Shown here in pieces: positions 9,228-20,316 of a DNA stretch of 64,000 bases. This DNA comes from an uncultured Gemmatimonadales bacterium (GTDB taxonomy: Bacteria; Gemmatimonadota; Gemmatimonadetes; Gemmatimonadales; GWC2-71-9), in the NCBI GenBank assembly GCA_963707875.1, contig CAVPRU010000003.1, positions 151,046 to 215,045 on the forward strand, read 5' to 3'. Position 1 is the stretch's first letter. Each line of letters begins with the position of its first letter. The notes under the pieces were generated by a model. It saw only the letters and a program-made list of their open reading frames with translations, was not told the DNA's origin and ran no database searches. The position numbers were made by a program, and so were the translations under genes.

Positions 9228-10364
9228 ATGACCAGACCTTCTGCGGCTTTCCTGCAGGGCCCCCGCATTTCGCCCAAGGGCATTACCGGCGCCGAGCCGG
9301 TGGCCGATCTGATCGACGGCGCCTTCCTGGCGTACAACGCCGGGCGGCTGCGCGAAGCCTGCCAGCTGTTCACCACCAGGATCCTGGAACCGGATGTGAC
9401 CGTCGCGATGAGCCTGACCGGGGCCATGACTCCGGCCGGGCTCGGGATGAGTACCCTGATCCCGCTGATGGAGGCGGGCTTCGTGGACTGGATCATCTCG
9501 ACCGGCGCCAACCTCTACCACGACGCCCATTTTGCGCTCGGCTTGAGCCTCCACCAGGGCTCGCCGACCAACGATGACGTCGAGCTGCGGGCGAAAGGGG
9601 TCGTCCGGATCTACGATATTCTGTTCGACTACAGCGTCCTGCTCTCGACCGACGCCTTTACCCGGGAAGTCTGCCAGAACCCGGAGTTCCAGCGGCCCAT
9701 GAGTTCGGCGGAGTTCCACTACCTCCTCGGCGGATATCTCAAGGCCCGGGAAGAGGCCCTCGGGCTGAGCAAGCGGTCGGTCCTGAGCCTGGCGCACGAA
9801 CTGGAGATTCCGATCTACACCTCCTCGCCAGGGGACAGCTCGATCGGGATGAACGTTGCCGAGATGGCGTTGCGGGGAAGCCCGCTCCGGTTCGACGTCT
9901 CCGCCGATGTGAATGAGACCGCGGCCATCGTGCTGACCGCCAAACGGGCCGGGGGCAAGAGTGCGGCCGTCATCGCGGGGGGAGGCAGTCCCAAGAACTT
10001 CCTGCTGCAGACCGAGCCGCAGATTCAGGAAGTCCTCGGGATCGACGAGAAGGGCCATGATTTCTTTCTGCAGTTCACCGATGCCAGACCCGACACCGGC
10101 GGCCTGTCGGGCGCCACCCCGGGCGAGGCGGTCTCCTGGGGCAAGATCGACCCCGACCAGCTCCCCGGCACGGTCGTCTGCTACCTCGACACCACGGTGG
10201 CGCTCCCGCTGCTCACCGCCTACGCCCTGTCCCGGCACCCGCCTCGGCCCCTCAAGCGGCTCTATGCCCGGCGCGAGGAGATGATGCAGCTGTTGATCGA
10301 CGAGTACACTGCGGCCAGGGCGTTCCGGGATGAGCGCGCCGAGGAGGCCCGGAACGTTCAGTGA
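9228..10364 (+). CDS. Deoxyhypusine synthase-like protein (probable homospermidine synthase, SpeY-type)
   Basis: [38 protein letters not shown] and [16 protein letters not shown] (catalytic Lys). Confidence 0.88.
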   Translation: MTRPSAAFLQGPRISPKGITGAEPVADLIDGAFLAYNAGRLREACQLFTTRILEPDVTVAMSLTGAMTPAGLGMSTLIPLMEAGFVDWIISTGANLYHDAHFALGLSLHQGSPTNDDVELRAKGVVRIYDILFDYSVLLSTDAFTREVCQNPEFQRPMSSAEFHYLLGGYLKAREEALGLSKRSVLSLAHELEIPIYTSSPGDSSIGMNVAEMALRGSPLRFDVSADVNETAAIVLTAKRAGGKSAAVIAGGGSPKNFLLQTEPQIQEVLGIDEKGHDFFLQFTDARPDTGGLSGATPGEAVSWGKIDPDQLPGTVVCYLDTTVALPLLTAYALSRHPPRPLKRLYARREEMMQLLIDEYTAARAFRDERAEEARNVQ

Positions 10365-11863
10365 CCAGGCTGGGCCCTTCGACCCGGTACAGCGTCTACG
10401 CGCTGGGTCTGCTGACCGTCATCAACGTCGTCAACTATCTCGAACGGAACGCGATCTTCGCGCTGTTCGAGCCGATCAAACGCGACCTCAACCTCACCGA
10501 TACCCATCTGGGCTGGCTCGGCTCGGCCTACATCCTGGTGTTCTCCCTGGCAGCGCTGCCGGTGGGACTGATGTCGGACCTCAGGAGCCGGACCGCGGTC
10601 ACCGCCTTCGGGGTGAGTCTTTGGAGCATTGCTACCAGCCTCGGGGGACTGGTCCGGAGCTTCCCCGGCCTGCTGGCGACCCGCGCCGCAGTGGGTCTCG
10701 GTGGAGCGGCGGCCAACGCGGCAAGCACCGCGCTGGTGGCCGACTATTTCCCCGGCGCCCGGCGGGCGCTGGCGATGAGCATCTTCACCGCCGGGTTGGC
10801 GCTCGGCGGGGTGCTCGGCATTCTGGCGGCGGGGCAGCTGGAGGCGCTGTATGGCTGGCGGGTCACCTTCATGGCGCTCGGGCTCCCGGGCTTCGGGCTG
10901 GCCTTGCTGGTGGCGCGCCTTCGGGACCCGTTGAAGGAAGGGCCGATGCCGTCGGTCTTGGCCCAGCTCCGGCATCTGGAACTCGGGACCGTGGCCATCC
11001 TCTCAGCGTGCCGGTGGATCGTAGCGGGGCTCGCGACCGCCTCGGTGGCGGCCTGGGTAGCGGACCGGCAGTTCGGGGCCGATTCGGCGGTGGACGGGGC
11101 GGTCTTCGCGATCTTTGCCGGACTGGGACTGGCGATCAACATCATCGTCTGGGTCCGGCAAGCCGCTCGGAATGAGGGCGCAGGGGAAGAACTCGAACAG
11201 GGCCTGGAGACCGCGTTCGAGGGACTGCTCCGGGCGATGCGGCTGGTGTTCCGGACGCCAACGCTGGTCTACGTGTTTGTGGGTGGGGCGATGATCTCCT
11301 TCGGGCTGAACGGGCTGATCGGCTGGGCGCCGGTGTTCATGACTCGAGAACTGCACCTGACCGTCGCGGCGGCGACCGTGCTGCTGGGCAAGTGGGGATT
11401 GGTGGCAGGGATCGCGGGGACGCTGACTGGGGGGCTCCTGGCCGACTGGCTCCAGCCGCGGTATCACGGCGCACGGGTTCTGATCGGAAGCTCGGGATTC
11501 CTGATCGGCGGACCGCTGGCGATCTGGCTGCTCACGATCCGCGATCTGGAACTCTTTGTCCCGGTCTTCGCGGTCGCGTTCTTCTTTCTCACCTGGTACA
11601 ACGGACCGCTGACGACGGTGATCTTCGATGTGGTCCCGGCCAAGGTCAGCACCACGGTGGCTGGGGCGTTCCTGGCCTTCATCCATCTGGCGGGGGATGC
11701 CATTGCGCTGCCGTTGGTGGGGTTCCTGTCGGACGCATTCGGGATCGGGACCGCGGTGCTGGTGCTACCGGCGATGGCGTTGCTCGGCGGGCTGGTCGCG
11801 ATGGGGGCGCTGCGGACGGTCAGGGCCGATATGGAGCGGGTGGTCCTGGCGAGTACCAGTTGA
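10361..11863 (+). CDS. Spinster-family MFS transporter
   Basis: [31 protein letters not shown] and many hydrophobic helices. GTGA overlap with the upstream gene. Confidence 0.85.
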   Translation: MTRLGPSTRYSVYALGLLTVINVVNYLERNAIFALFEPIKRDLNLTDTHLGWLGSAYILVFSLAALPVGLMSDLRSRTAVTAFGVSLWSIATSLGGLVRSFPGLLATRAAVGLGGAAANAASTALVADYFPGARRALAMSIFTAGLALGGVLGILAAGQLEALYGWRVTFMALGLPGFGLALLVARLRDPLKEGPMPSVLAQLRHLELGTVAILSACRWIVAGLATASVAAWVADRQFGADSAVDGAVFAIFAGLGLAINIIVWVRQAARNEGAGEELEQGLETAFEGLLRAMRLVFRTPTLVYVFVGGAMISFGLNGLIGWAPVFMTRELHLTVAAATVLLGKWGLVAGIAGTLTGGLLADWLQPRYHGARVLIGSSGFLIGGPLAIWLLTIRDLELFVPVFAVAFFFLTWYNGPLTTVIFDVVPAKVSTTVAGAFLAFIHLAGDAIALPLVGFLSDAFGIGTAVLVLPAMALLGGLVAMGALRTVRADMERVVLASTS

Positions 11864-12318
11864 GGATCTGGATTGATGCCGATGCGATTCCCCGGGAGGT
11901 GAAAGACGTGGTGTTTCGCGCGGCGAAGCGGCTCAGCCTGGCGACCATGCTCGTCGCCAACCAGCGGCTGCAGACTCCGGTCGGCAATCCCCTGGTCACG
12001 GCCGTGTGGGTCGATGGTGGCCCCGACCTGGCGGACCAGCACATCGTGGACAACGCTGAACCCGGCGATCTGGTGGTCACTCAGGACATCCCGCTGGCGG
12101 CCCTCCTGGTCCCCCGGAAAATCGCGGTCCTGGACCCGCGGGGAGAGGAGCACACTCCGGAGACCATCGGGGAGCGGCTCTCGATCCGGGATTTCATGGA
12201 GCAGCTCCGGTCGGCGGGCGCCGTGACCGGGGGCCCGCCACCCTACGACGCTCGCGCCAAGCAGGCCTTCGCCGCGGCGTTGGATCGCAGCCTGACCCGG
12301 CTCCGCGGCTCGGCATAG
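11860..12318 (+). CDS. YaiI/YqxD (UPF0178) family protein
   Basis: TTG 11860 start gives [10 protein letters not shown], then DLVVTQDIPLA, PRGE and TGGPPP. Confidence 0.88.
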   Translation: MRIWIDADAIPREVKDVVFRAAKRLSLATMLVANQRLQTPVGNPLVTAVWVDGGPDLADQHIVDNAEPGDLVVTQDIPLAALLVPRKIAVLDPRGEEHTPETIGERLSIRDFMEQLRSAGAVTGGPPPYDARAKQAFAAALDRSLTRLRGSA

Positions 12319-12526
12319 CCCGGGTTGCTGGCGAGAGGCAGGCCTCCCCAGAGCCTGGTGGGCGCTTCAACTCCGCGGTTCCCATGACCGACCCCAGTTG
12401 CCCTCCAACCGCCCCGGACCGGAGGAAGCGGCGGATAATGCGAACCGAGGGGCGATCCGCATCGACCTTTTCGGTCCCGAAGCTGGAACCGACCAGAGGC
12501 CGGGAGGATGAGAAGACTCGCCACCC

Positions 12527-12542
12527 TGGCCGGAAGTTTGCA
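12527..12542 (+). promoter_or_regulatory. Putative sigma54 (-24/-12) promoter
   Basis: TGGCCGGAAGTTTGCA has GG and GC separated by exactly 10 nt and lies 55 nt upstream of ATG 12598. Confidence 0.55.
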
Positions 12543-12597
12543 CGGATGGTAGCCCAAACGCTCCGGTGTTCACTCTGCGATCACTCCCGAGGCCACC

Positions 12598-13281
12598 ATG
12601 ACGACCAAATCACTCCCCTTGCTGGCCGCCCTGCTGCTTGGCTTTGCCCAGCCGGCCCTGGCCCAGTCCTCCAATGGCCAAGGCCTGGTGGCGGTGGGGC
12701 TGACCGCTTCGACCCTTGGGATCGCCCCCGAGGTGTCGCTCCACCTGTCCCCCCAACTCGGGCTCCGCGCCGGTTACCACTACCTCTCCCTCACCTTCGA
12801 GGAGACGGTCGATGATATCCGCTACGATATCAGCCCCGACTGGCGGAATCTCACGGCCCTGGTCGATCTGCATCCCTTCGCCAACGCGTTCCGGCTGACC
12901 GGAGGGCTGGTACTGTGGGACACGTCGGTCAAGGGCGAAGCGGTGCTCACCGGACCGGTGACCATCGGCGACGTGGTCTACCAGCCCTCACAGGTGGGGT
13001 CGTTGACCGGCACCGCCGACTATTCCCGGACCATCGCGCCACTCGTGGGACTCGGCGTCGCAGGTCGCGGCCGCTTCGCGCTGATGTTCGACGTGGGCGT
13101 CGTGATGACCGGCCACCCGAAGGTCGACCTCACGGTGACGTCTCCCCTCACCGGGGCCGAACGGGCGCAGCTGGATGCGGAGGTCCAGCAGGAGCAGGCT
13201 TCGGCTCAGGCCGAGATCGACGATCAGCCGCTGGCCAAATATTTCCCGGTGGTGTCGCTCGGATTCAAAATCCGGTTCTGA
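12598..13281 (+). CDS. Putative outer-membrane beta-barrel protein
   Basis: Signal peptide, amphipathic beta-strands and a C-terminal aromatic beta-signal (LGFKIRF). Confidence 0.75.
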   Translation: MTTKSLPLLAALLLGFAQPALAQSSNGQGLVAVGLTASTLGIAPEVSLHLSPQLGLRAGYHYLSLTFEETVDDIRYDISPDWRNLTALVDLHPFANAFRLTGGLVLWDTSVKGEAVLTGPVTIGDVVYQPSQVGSLTGTADYSRTIAPLVGLGVAGRGRFALMFDVGVVMTGHPKVDLTVTSPLTGAERAQLDAEVQQEQASAQAEIDDQPLAKYFPVVSLGFKIRF

Positions 13282-13301
13282 CACCTCGAACCCTGATCCC
13301 T

Positions 13302-13328
13302 CTGGCCCATTGACAAGCAATGGGCCAG
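13302..13328 (+). terminator. Stem-loop downstream of the barrel gene (probable terminator)
   Basis: Perfect 11-bp arms CTGGCCCATTG-acaag-CAATGGGCCAG with a weak U-tract. Confidence 0.55.
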
Positions 13329-13335
13329 GGGGGCA

Positions 13336-14199
13336 TTGCTTCTGCTGCCCGCTTCAGAGGGCGTCCAGGGCACCGCTTGGCCGGACCCCCGTTCCCGGCC
13401 CGGCAGTGGACAGGCCGGCCACCGACACCCAGGGACAGCCGTGGGACCGCTCACCGCACGACAAGTGGTTTTCCGTATTGTCGTCATCATGTCGGTGGCG
13501 GAACTGTCGATCATGCTGGTTCTGGGGACGATTCCGCACGAGGCGAGCACCAACGCCGAAGCGGCTCTGGATGCGGCGCTGCTGGCGGCATTATCCACTC
13601 CCGCAATCTACCTCTGGATCATCAGACCATTTGTGGCCGCTCGGGACGAGGCGCTCGTTCAGGTCGGCCGCCTGGCGCTGACCGATCCGTTGACCAAGCT
13701 GGCGAATCGACGTCTGATCTCAGAGCACCTGGGAATAGCCATCGCAGCGAGCGTCCGGCACCAGGAGTATGGCGCGGTGCTGGCGCTGGACCTGGATGGA
13801 CTCAAGGCGATCAACGACAACCATGGCCACAAGGCAGGGGATGCGGTACTGGTTGGGGTCGCTGAACGGCTGCCATCCATCATCCGCGCCGAGGATGTCG
13901 TCGGGCGCCTTGGGGGGGATGAGTTCGTCGTCCTGATTCACCGCCTCAGCACCGACGAAGCCGTGGCACGCGACCGGGCGGTGCTGATCGCGGACAAACT
14001 GATCGCGTTGGTCAGGCAGCCGCTCGAGTTCAAAGGAAAGATCCTTCAGGTCGGCGCCAGCATCGGAATCCGCCTGCTGGGCACCAGTGCCCTGGATGTC
14101 CCGACCGCACTCCACGAGGCGGATGTTGCGTTGTATCGCGCCAAAGAGGCCGGGAGAGGGCGGGCGGCCTTCTTCGAGGAGACGGAACCGACATCGTAG
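13336..14199 (+). CDS. Membrane-anchored diguanylate cyclase (GGDEF)
   Basis: Two TM helices, TDPLTKLANR, DLDGLKAINDNHGH, RxxD I-site (RAED) and GGDEF. The start may be GTG 13441. Confidence 0.88.
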   Translation: MLLLPASEGVQGTAWPDPRSRPGSGQAGHRHPGTAVGPLTARQVVFRIVVIMSVAELSIMLVLGTIPHEASTNAEAALDAALLAALSTPAIYLWIIRPFVAARDEALVQVGRLALTDPLTKLANRRLISEHLGIAIAASVRHQEYGAVLALDLDGLKAINDNHGHKAGDAVLVGVAERLPSIIRAEDVVGRLGGDEFVVLIHRLSTDEAVARDRAVLIADKLIALVRQPLEFKGKILQVGASIGIRLLGTSALDVPTALHEADVALYRAKEAGRGRAAFFEETEPTS

Positions 14200-14239
14200 G
14201 GCAGCAGGGAAGGTCAGGCCAGGTGGTGGTCGCCTCGCT

Positions 14240-17200
14240 TCAGTGCCTCAGCTCGGTAAGGGCCCGATCCAGGCCGACAACCAGACAGTCGGCATCACTC
14301 CGGGTGAAACACATCGGGGGCTTGATCTTGATCACGTTGTTGAACGGCCCGTCGGTACTGACAAGCAAGCCATAGTCCCGGAGCCGGTTGACGATCACGG
14401 CCGCCTCCCGAGCGGCCGGCTCCAGGGTCGACCGGTCGCGCACCAGTTCCAGGCCCACGAAGAGGCCCAGGCCCCGGGCCTCTCCCGCCAGCGGATGCCG
14501 CGCCACCAGTTCCCGCAGCCCGGCCAGGAGGTGTCCGCCCACCTCCAGTGCGTTCTGCTGGAGCCGCTCCGACTCGAGCACCTCGAGCACCGCCAACCCG
14601 ACCGCCGCCGCCACGGGCCCACCGCCAAAGGTGTTGAAGTATTCCATGCCGTTGGCAAACGCCGCCGCGATCTGCCGGGTCGTCACCACCGCTCCCAGCG
14701 GGAACCCGTTCCCGATCGGCTTCCCCATGGTGACGATGTCCGGGACGACCCCCTGGGTCTCGAAGCCCCAGAAATGAGTGCCCACCCGGCCGAATCCGAC
14801 CTGCACTTCGTCCGCGATGCAGATCCCGCCCTCGGCCCGGATCCGCCGGTAGGCCTCAGCCAGGAATCCGGCGGGCGAGACCACCTGTCCGCCACAGCTG
14901 AGGATCGACTCGGCCAGAAACCCCGCCACCGGCTCCCCAGTCCCCCTCAGGAACTCCATCGCCGGCGAGACCGCCGCGGCGTACTTGAATCCCGCCTCAG
15001 GATCGGAGGCCTTCCAGGCACCGCGGTAGCCGTCGGGCATCGGGATCTTCCGGACCCAGGGGGGTGGACCTGCCCCACCCTTGCCATCGTGTTTGTAGGG
15101 GCTGACGTCGATCAGGGTGGTGGTGTTGCCATGGTACCCCACGTCCACCACGACCATCCCGCGTCCTCCGGTCGCTGTGCGCGCCATCCGGATCGCCAAC
15201 TCGTTGGCTTCACTCCCAGAGTTCACCAGGAAGCAAACGCTGAGTGACTCCGGCAGGGTCGCGGTGAGCCGTTCCGCATAGCGGACGAGGTTCTGGTGCA
15301 GATACCGGGTGTTGGTGTTCAACACCGCCAACTGCTCCCGCGCGGCCCGAACCACCTGGGGATGCGAATGCCCGACATGGGGGACGTTGTTGACGCAGTC
15401 CAGGTAGCGGAGCCCATCCTGATCGTAGAGGAACTGCTTCCATCCCCGGACGATCTGGAGCGGCTTCCGGTAGGCGACACTGAGCGACGGGCCGAGATGT
15501 TCCTGCCGGCTCTGGAGGATTCCGGCGCGGTCCGGGGGCGACGGCATGAACGCCGAGTCGGGGAAGCCAGCGATCAGGTTGGCGTCCGGGGACAGACTCA
15601 GCCAGACATCGCGCTGATCGGCCCGGGCCGCCCCGGGAAATTCACCCTCCCGGTCGAGCAGATCGCAGATGATCTGGACATGGGGGTGAGGTGGCCAGCC
15701 ACCGTTCTCTCCGATCCCGCCCACGGTGCCGATCCAGTCGCCTCGCTGGACCGGAGTGCCGGGCTGGAGCTTGCCGATCACATCGCGGCCCAGATGCCCG
15801 TACAGCGTGAAGAAGGTCGGCCCCCGCTCGATCTCGTGGCGGAGGATGACCGTGGGCCCGTAGTCCCGCCCACCGGCATTGTCCTGGACGCTGTGCACGA
15901 TGCCCTTGAGCGGCGCCACCACGGGGAGGCCCGCGGAGCAGAACAGGTCGAGCCCGAGGTGGACGGTCCGGGCCACCGGCCGGTCGTTCCCTTCGGCCTC
16001 GAACAGCCGGCCGAGGTAGAGCGCCCGCGGTTCGTTCCAGGCACCAATCCCCACCTCCGCACCACGTTCCATCATGTGGTGAAAGAGCTTGAAGGTGAAG
16101 CGCGGCACGTCATCGGGCTCGGCCGGATTCTCCACCAGCGGACTCCCGATGCTCAGATCAATCGGGCAAACCCGGTCGTAGCCATCCACATCCAGCAGCG
16201 GGCCGAAGCTCCCGGCGTTCGCGCTCAGCCATTCCACCACGGGTGGGTTCAGCGGACAGGGCTCGAGATCCGCAGCAGCCCGGAGCGTGTAGTGGGCCAG
16301 CCGCGGATGGATCTGTTCCAACCGCTCCAAGGCGTCCCAGGCAGGAGCTTCACTGATCGCCAGATAGCGGTTGTCGGGGTGCCGGGACCGCTGGACCGCG
16401 GAATTGACGACCGAGACGGAGAGCCGGGTGCAGATGAGTGGAAAGAGCAGCTCGAGCTCGTCCTCGGTCAGCGGGTACTCGTGGTGGTACCCACGGACCA
16501 CTTCAGCCGCCGCGGCCAGCGGATCGGGCTTGGCCAGAATCGCATAGGCGCTGGCGATGGCCAGCTCCATGACGACTGGCGATTCCAGCATGTCACCGAA
16601 ATCCAGCAGGCCGGAAACCCGGCGCTCGGGTGGATCGCCGCCGCTGACCAGCACGTTCCAGTCGTTGGCGTCGTTGTGGATCACCCCCTGCCGAAGGGAG
16701 GGCAGGATGGGGAGCAACTCTCGTTCGAACCGCTCGAGGTGCCGGGCGACCAGTGCCCGGCGACTGGGATCCTCCACCAGGGGGAGGTGTTCCACGACCC
16801 ACGGCGACCGGACGATGTCCCACTTGAGGACCCGGCGGGCCTGGGGATGGGTGAACCCCTCCAGGGCCAGATCCAGTCGGCCGAGTGTGGCACCGAGGCT
16901 CTGGAGCAGCCCGGAGGAGTGGGGGAGTACCTCGGCGAAGGGAGTACCCGGCAGCCAGGAGAGCATCCTGACCAGGTGGGCTGTGCCTCCGGCTCCCACT
17001 GTTTCAAGGATGTCGCGGCCATCGAGTCCTCGCACCACCCGAGGCACCATCAGATCAGGCGCCCGCTCGGCAATCCGCTCCAGGGCGCGGTGCTGGAACT
17101 CCAGCACGCTCCGCTCCTCATCGGCGTGGGCGATCTTGAGGACGGTCCGGCCCGAGGGGGCCGCGATCAGGAAGTTGCGGTCCCGCTCGCTGGGAAGTTC

Positions 17201-17293
17201 GGTCGCGGTGGCTTCCACCCCGAACAGCTCGCGGGCAATCCGCTCCGCCTCCCGAGCCCCTGTGGACGGTCGGGTCCATGACGTGGTGAGCAT
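14240..17293 (-). CDS. APH-like kinase / M23-like domain / class III PLP aminotransferase fusion
   Basis: Kinase motifs IHNDANDWN and DFGD; M23-like HLGLD, LYGHL and PHPH; aminotransferase motifs [16 protein letters not shown] and PDIVTMGKP. Confidence 0.9.
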   Translation of the reverse strand: MLTTSWTRPSTGAREAERIARELFGVEATATELPSERDRNFLIAAPSGRTVLKIAHADEERSVLEFQHRALERIAERAPDLMVPRVVRGLDGRDILETVGAGGTAHLVRMLSWLPGTPFAEVLPHSSGLLQSLGATLGRLDLALEGFTHPQARRVLKWDIVRSPWVVEHLPLVEDPSRRALVARHLERFERELLPILPSLRQGVIHNDANDWNVLVSGGDPPERRVSGLLDFGDMLESPVVMELAIASAYAILAKPDPLAAAAEVVRGYHHEYPLTEDELELLFPLICTRLSVSVVNSAVQRSRHPDNRYLAISEAPAWDALERLEQIHPRLAHYTLRAAADLEPCPLNPPVVEWLSANAGSFGPLLDVDGYDRVCPIDLSIGSPLVENPAEPDDVPRFTFKLFHHMMERGAEVGIGAWNEPRALYLGRLFEAEGNDRPVARTVHLGLDLFCSAGLPVVAPLKGIVHSVQDNAGGRDYGPTVILRHEIERGPTFFTLYGHLGRDVIGKLQPGTPVQRGDWIGTVGGIGENGGWPPHPHVQIICDLLDREGEFPGAARADQRDVWLSLSPDANLIAGFPDSAFMPSPPDRAGILQSRQEHLGPSLSVAYRKPLQIVRGWKQFLYDQDGLRYLDCVNNVPHVGHSHPQVVRAAREQLAVLNTNTRYLHQNLVRYAERLTATLPESLSVCFLVNSGSEANELAIRMARTATGGRGMVVVDVGYHGNTTTLIDVSPYKHDGKGGAGPPPWVRKIPMPDGYRGAWKASDPEAGFKYAAAVSPAMEFLRGTGEPVAGFLAESILSCGGQVVSPAGFLAEAYRRIRAEGGICIADEVQVGFGRVGTHFWGFETQGVVPDIVTMGKPIGNGFPLGAVVTTRQIAAAFANGMEYFNTFGGGPVAAAVGLAVLEVLESERLQQNALEVGGHLLAGLRELVARHPLAGEARGLGLFVGLELVRDRSTLEPAAREAAVIVNRLRDYGLLVSTDGPFNNVIKIKPPMCFTRSDADCLVVGLDRALTELRH

Positions 17294-17351
17294 CGCGAGG
17301 AAGACAAACGGCCTGCCGAGCCGGACACAAGGCCGGGAGGAGTGGAGACCC

Positions 17352-17696
17352 TCATCGTGCCATCCCCATCAGGTCCACCAGTTCAGCGTACATCGCCTCG
17401 GCCCGGGCGGGGTCGCCCGAGTTGATCGCGGCCGTCGCGCAGTGCCGGAGATGGTTCTGCAGCAGGGACCGGCTCGCGCCACGCAGCGCCTCCTGCACCG
17501 ACGCCACCTGGGTCATGATGTCGGCACAGTAGCGCTCCTCCTCGACCATCCGCTGGAGTCCCCGGACCTGACCCTCGATCCGCCGGAGTCGATGGAGCAC
17601 CGACAGCTTGAGCTCCGGGTCGACCGCGACGGCGTGTCGGCCGTCCTCCTCCACCCCGCAGCCGCAGTTGACGGTTGGCATTTCCTGGTCGGTCAT
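17352..17696 (-). CDS. csoR: CsoR-family copper-sensing repressor
   Basis: RLRRIEGQVRGLQRMVEEERYC...NHLRHC (Cys/His/Cys copper ligands). It is the last gene of the cop operon. Confidence 0.88.
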   Translation of the reverse strand: MTDQEMPTVNCGCGVEEDGRHAVAVDPELKLSVLHRLRRIEGQVRGLQRMVEEERYCADIMTQVASVQEALRGASRSLLQNHLRHCATAAINSGDPARAEAMYAELVDLMGMAR

Positions 17697-17712
17697 TCCC
17701 TCCCCCTTCCGT

Positions 17713-20065
17713 TCACCTGGCCCGCCGGAGCCGCAGACTGTTGGACACCACACTGACCGAACTCACCGCCATTGCCGCAGCCGCCATCGTAGGAGTGAGC
17801 AAGATGCCGAAGACCGGATAGAGCACGCCGGCCGCCACCGGAATGCCCACCACGTTGTAGGCAAAGGCCCAGAACAGGTTCTGCCGCATCACCCGCATCG
17901 TCTGCCGGCAGAGCCGGATCGCCCGCACCACCCCCCGCAGATCTCCCTGCACCAGGGTGATCTCGGCAGCCTCGATCGCCACGTCGGTCCCGGTCCCCAT
18001 GGCTATCCCGACATCGGCGCCGGCCAGTGCCGGCGCATCGTTGATCCCGTCCCCCACCATCGCCACCACCCGGCCGGTGGCCTGGAACTCCCGAACCACC
18101 TCGAGCTTCCGGTCGGGCAGCACTCTGGCACGCACGGTCTGAATACCGACTCGATCGGCGACGACCCTGGCCGTCTCGGGGTCATCCCCGGTCACCATCA
18201 CCACCTCCAACCCGAAGCTGGACAGTTCGGCGATCGCCTCTCGACTGGTCGCCCGGATCGGATCGGCGATCCCGATGGCTCCGGCCATCCGACCGTCCAC
18301 CGCCACCAGGACCGGCGTCTCGGCCCGGGCGGACATCTCACCGGCGATGCGACCATCCCCCAGCTCCACGCTGGCCGCAGAGAGGAACGCGGGGGTCCCG
18401 ATCAGCACCCGTCGGCCCCTCACCAGTCCCGACACCCCCTGCCCTGGAACGGCCTCGAACTCTTCCGGCTCGATCAAGGCCACCCCCCGCCGCCCAGCTT
18501 CCCGGACCACCGCTTCGGCCAGCGGGTGCTCACTCCGCCGCTCCAGCGACCCCGCCAGCGCCAGGAGTTCTTCCTCGGTCATCCCCGCAGGCTGCACCGT
18601 GACCACCGCCGGCCGGCCCTCGGTGACGGTGCCGGTCTTGTCAAGCAGAATCACCCGGACATCCCCCACCCGCTGCAGTGGCTCGCCGCCCTTGATCAGC
18701 AGACCCTGCTCGGCACCGCGCCCGGTGGCCACCATCACCGCGGTCGGTACCGCCAGACCCATGGCACAGGGACAGGCGATGATCAGCACCGTTACCGCCG
18801 ATGCGAGCCCCCGGATGGCCGACGGCTCAGGACCGAACAGCGTCCAGATCAGAAAAGTGATGAAGGCGAGGACGATGACCACCGGGACGAACACCGCCGA
18901 GATCCGGTCAGCCATCGCCTGGATGGGAGCACGGGAGCCCTGGGCTTCCTGAACCAGACGGATGATGTTGGCCAGCACCGTGTCGCGGCCGACCCGGCCG
19001 GCTCGGAAGACGAATGCCCCGGTCCGGTTGACCGTCCCGCCGACCACTTCGTCGCCCGGTCCCTTGGTGACCGGTACCGGTTCGCCCGAGAGCATCGACT
19101 CGTCCAGGGTGCTGGTGCCTTCGAGCACGGTACCGTCCACGGGCACCCGGTCACCAGGCCGCACCACCAGCTCCTCGCCCACCACTACATCGTCCAGCGG
19201 GATGGCCACTTCCTGACCATTCCGGCGCACCAGCGCCGTGTCGGGTCGGAGGCCGATCAACCGCTTCACCGCGCCGGCGGTCTGTCGTTTGGCCCGGGTT
19301 TCGAGGTAGTTGCCGACCAGGATGAGGGCGATGATCCCGTTGATCGCCTCGTAGTACACCGCGGGGGGAATGCCCGCGGGCGTGCAACCATCCCGAGGCC
19401 ACCGTCACCGCCACGCTGAACACCAGGGCCGACCCGGTGCCGATGGCGATCAGGGTGTTCATGTCGGCGGTGCGGTGCTTGAGACCGGCCCAGGCCCGAG
19501 TGTAGAAGTGGCGGCCGGCCCAGAGCACCGAGGGCAACGTCAGCCCGAGCAGGATCCAGCGCCAGGCGGCGGGGGTGATGGTGCCGAGGACAGGGATGGT
19601 CCGGTTGAGCCAGGCCGCCACCGGCATGAAGAGCTCCATCAGCGGATCGGGCACCAGGCCGTGGGCCTCCTCCGAAAACGGCATCAGGATCATGGTGAGG
19701 ATTGCCGCGACAGAAGCCACGGCGAGTTTTCGGCCGAGCGACTGCAGCTCGTGCTCACGGTGCGCGTCCAGGGCTTCGACCTGTTCCTCGACCCGGAGGT
19801 CGGGTGCGGGGAGCGACGCCTGGTACCCGGTGCGCTCCACGACGGCCACCAGGTCGGCCGGTGCGAGGCTCGCCGGGTCGAAACGCACCTCGGCCAGGCC
19901 TGTCATCAGGTTGACGTGGGCGGCCCGGACGCCGGGGGTCTGTTCGAAGGCCCGCTGGATCCGTCCGCTGCAGGCGGCGCAGGTCATCCCCTGGACTTCA
20001 AGGGTGGCAGCCACCGAGTGGTCTGCGGTCTGCCCTGGCCCGGTGACCGCCGGCGGGGCGGTCAT
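17713..20065 (-). CDS. copA: Copper-translocating P1B-type ATPase, split by an apparent +1 frameshift near 19375
   Basis: Frame 1 has GMTCAAC and ADMNTL; frame 2 has [28 protein letters not shown] and YN. Removing one G from CGCGGGCATT restores [14 protein letters not shown]. Confidence 0.88.
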
Positions 20066-20280
20066 GTGATGGCGGGCTGCACCGTTGCCGGATACCCAGC
20101 CTCAGTGACCAGGGCCGCCACGGCTTCGGGGTCGATGACCGCCGAGTCATACCGCAGGTCGGCCCTTCCCAGCTTGACGAATCCGACGGTGATCCCGGCC
20201 TGGTTGGCCAGCGCCTGGTTGACCGCGTTCAGGCAGTGGCCGCAGGACATTCCCTCGATCTGCAGTGTCAATGGTTCCAT
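20062..20280 (-). CDS. copZ: CopZ-like HMA copper chaperone
   Basis: 72 aa, GMSCGHC and EAGY, with a GGAGG RBS upstream of ATG 20280. Confidence 0.88.
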   Translation of the reverse strand: MEPLTLQIEGMSCGHCLNAVNQALANQAGITVGFVKLGRADLRYDSAVIDPEAVAALVTEAGYPATVQPAIT

Positions 20281-20316
20281 GTACTTGACCTCCGTCGGTT
20301 CGGGTCCATGGAGAGC

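Noticed and set aside
12340-12480. Possible tRNA (including tRNA-Sec) or riboswitch suggested by TTCAACTCC
   Set aside because: I could not build a cloverleaf, acceptor stem or known aptamer by eye. An Infernal or tRNAscan run would be needed to exclude it fully.
19151-20065. copA frameshift as a programmed event producing a CopA(Z)-like chaperone
   Set aside because: The E. coli event occurs right after the first metal-binding domain at a CCCAAAG slippery site. Here the break is within the TM region, no such site is present, and a separate copZ exists.
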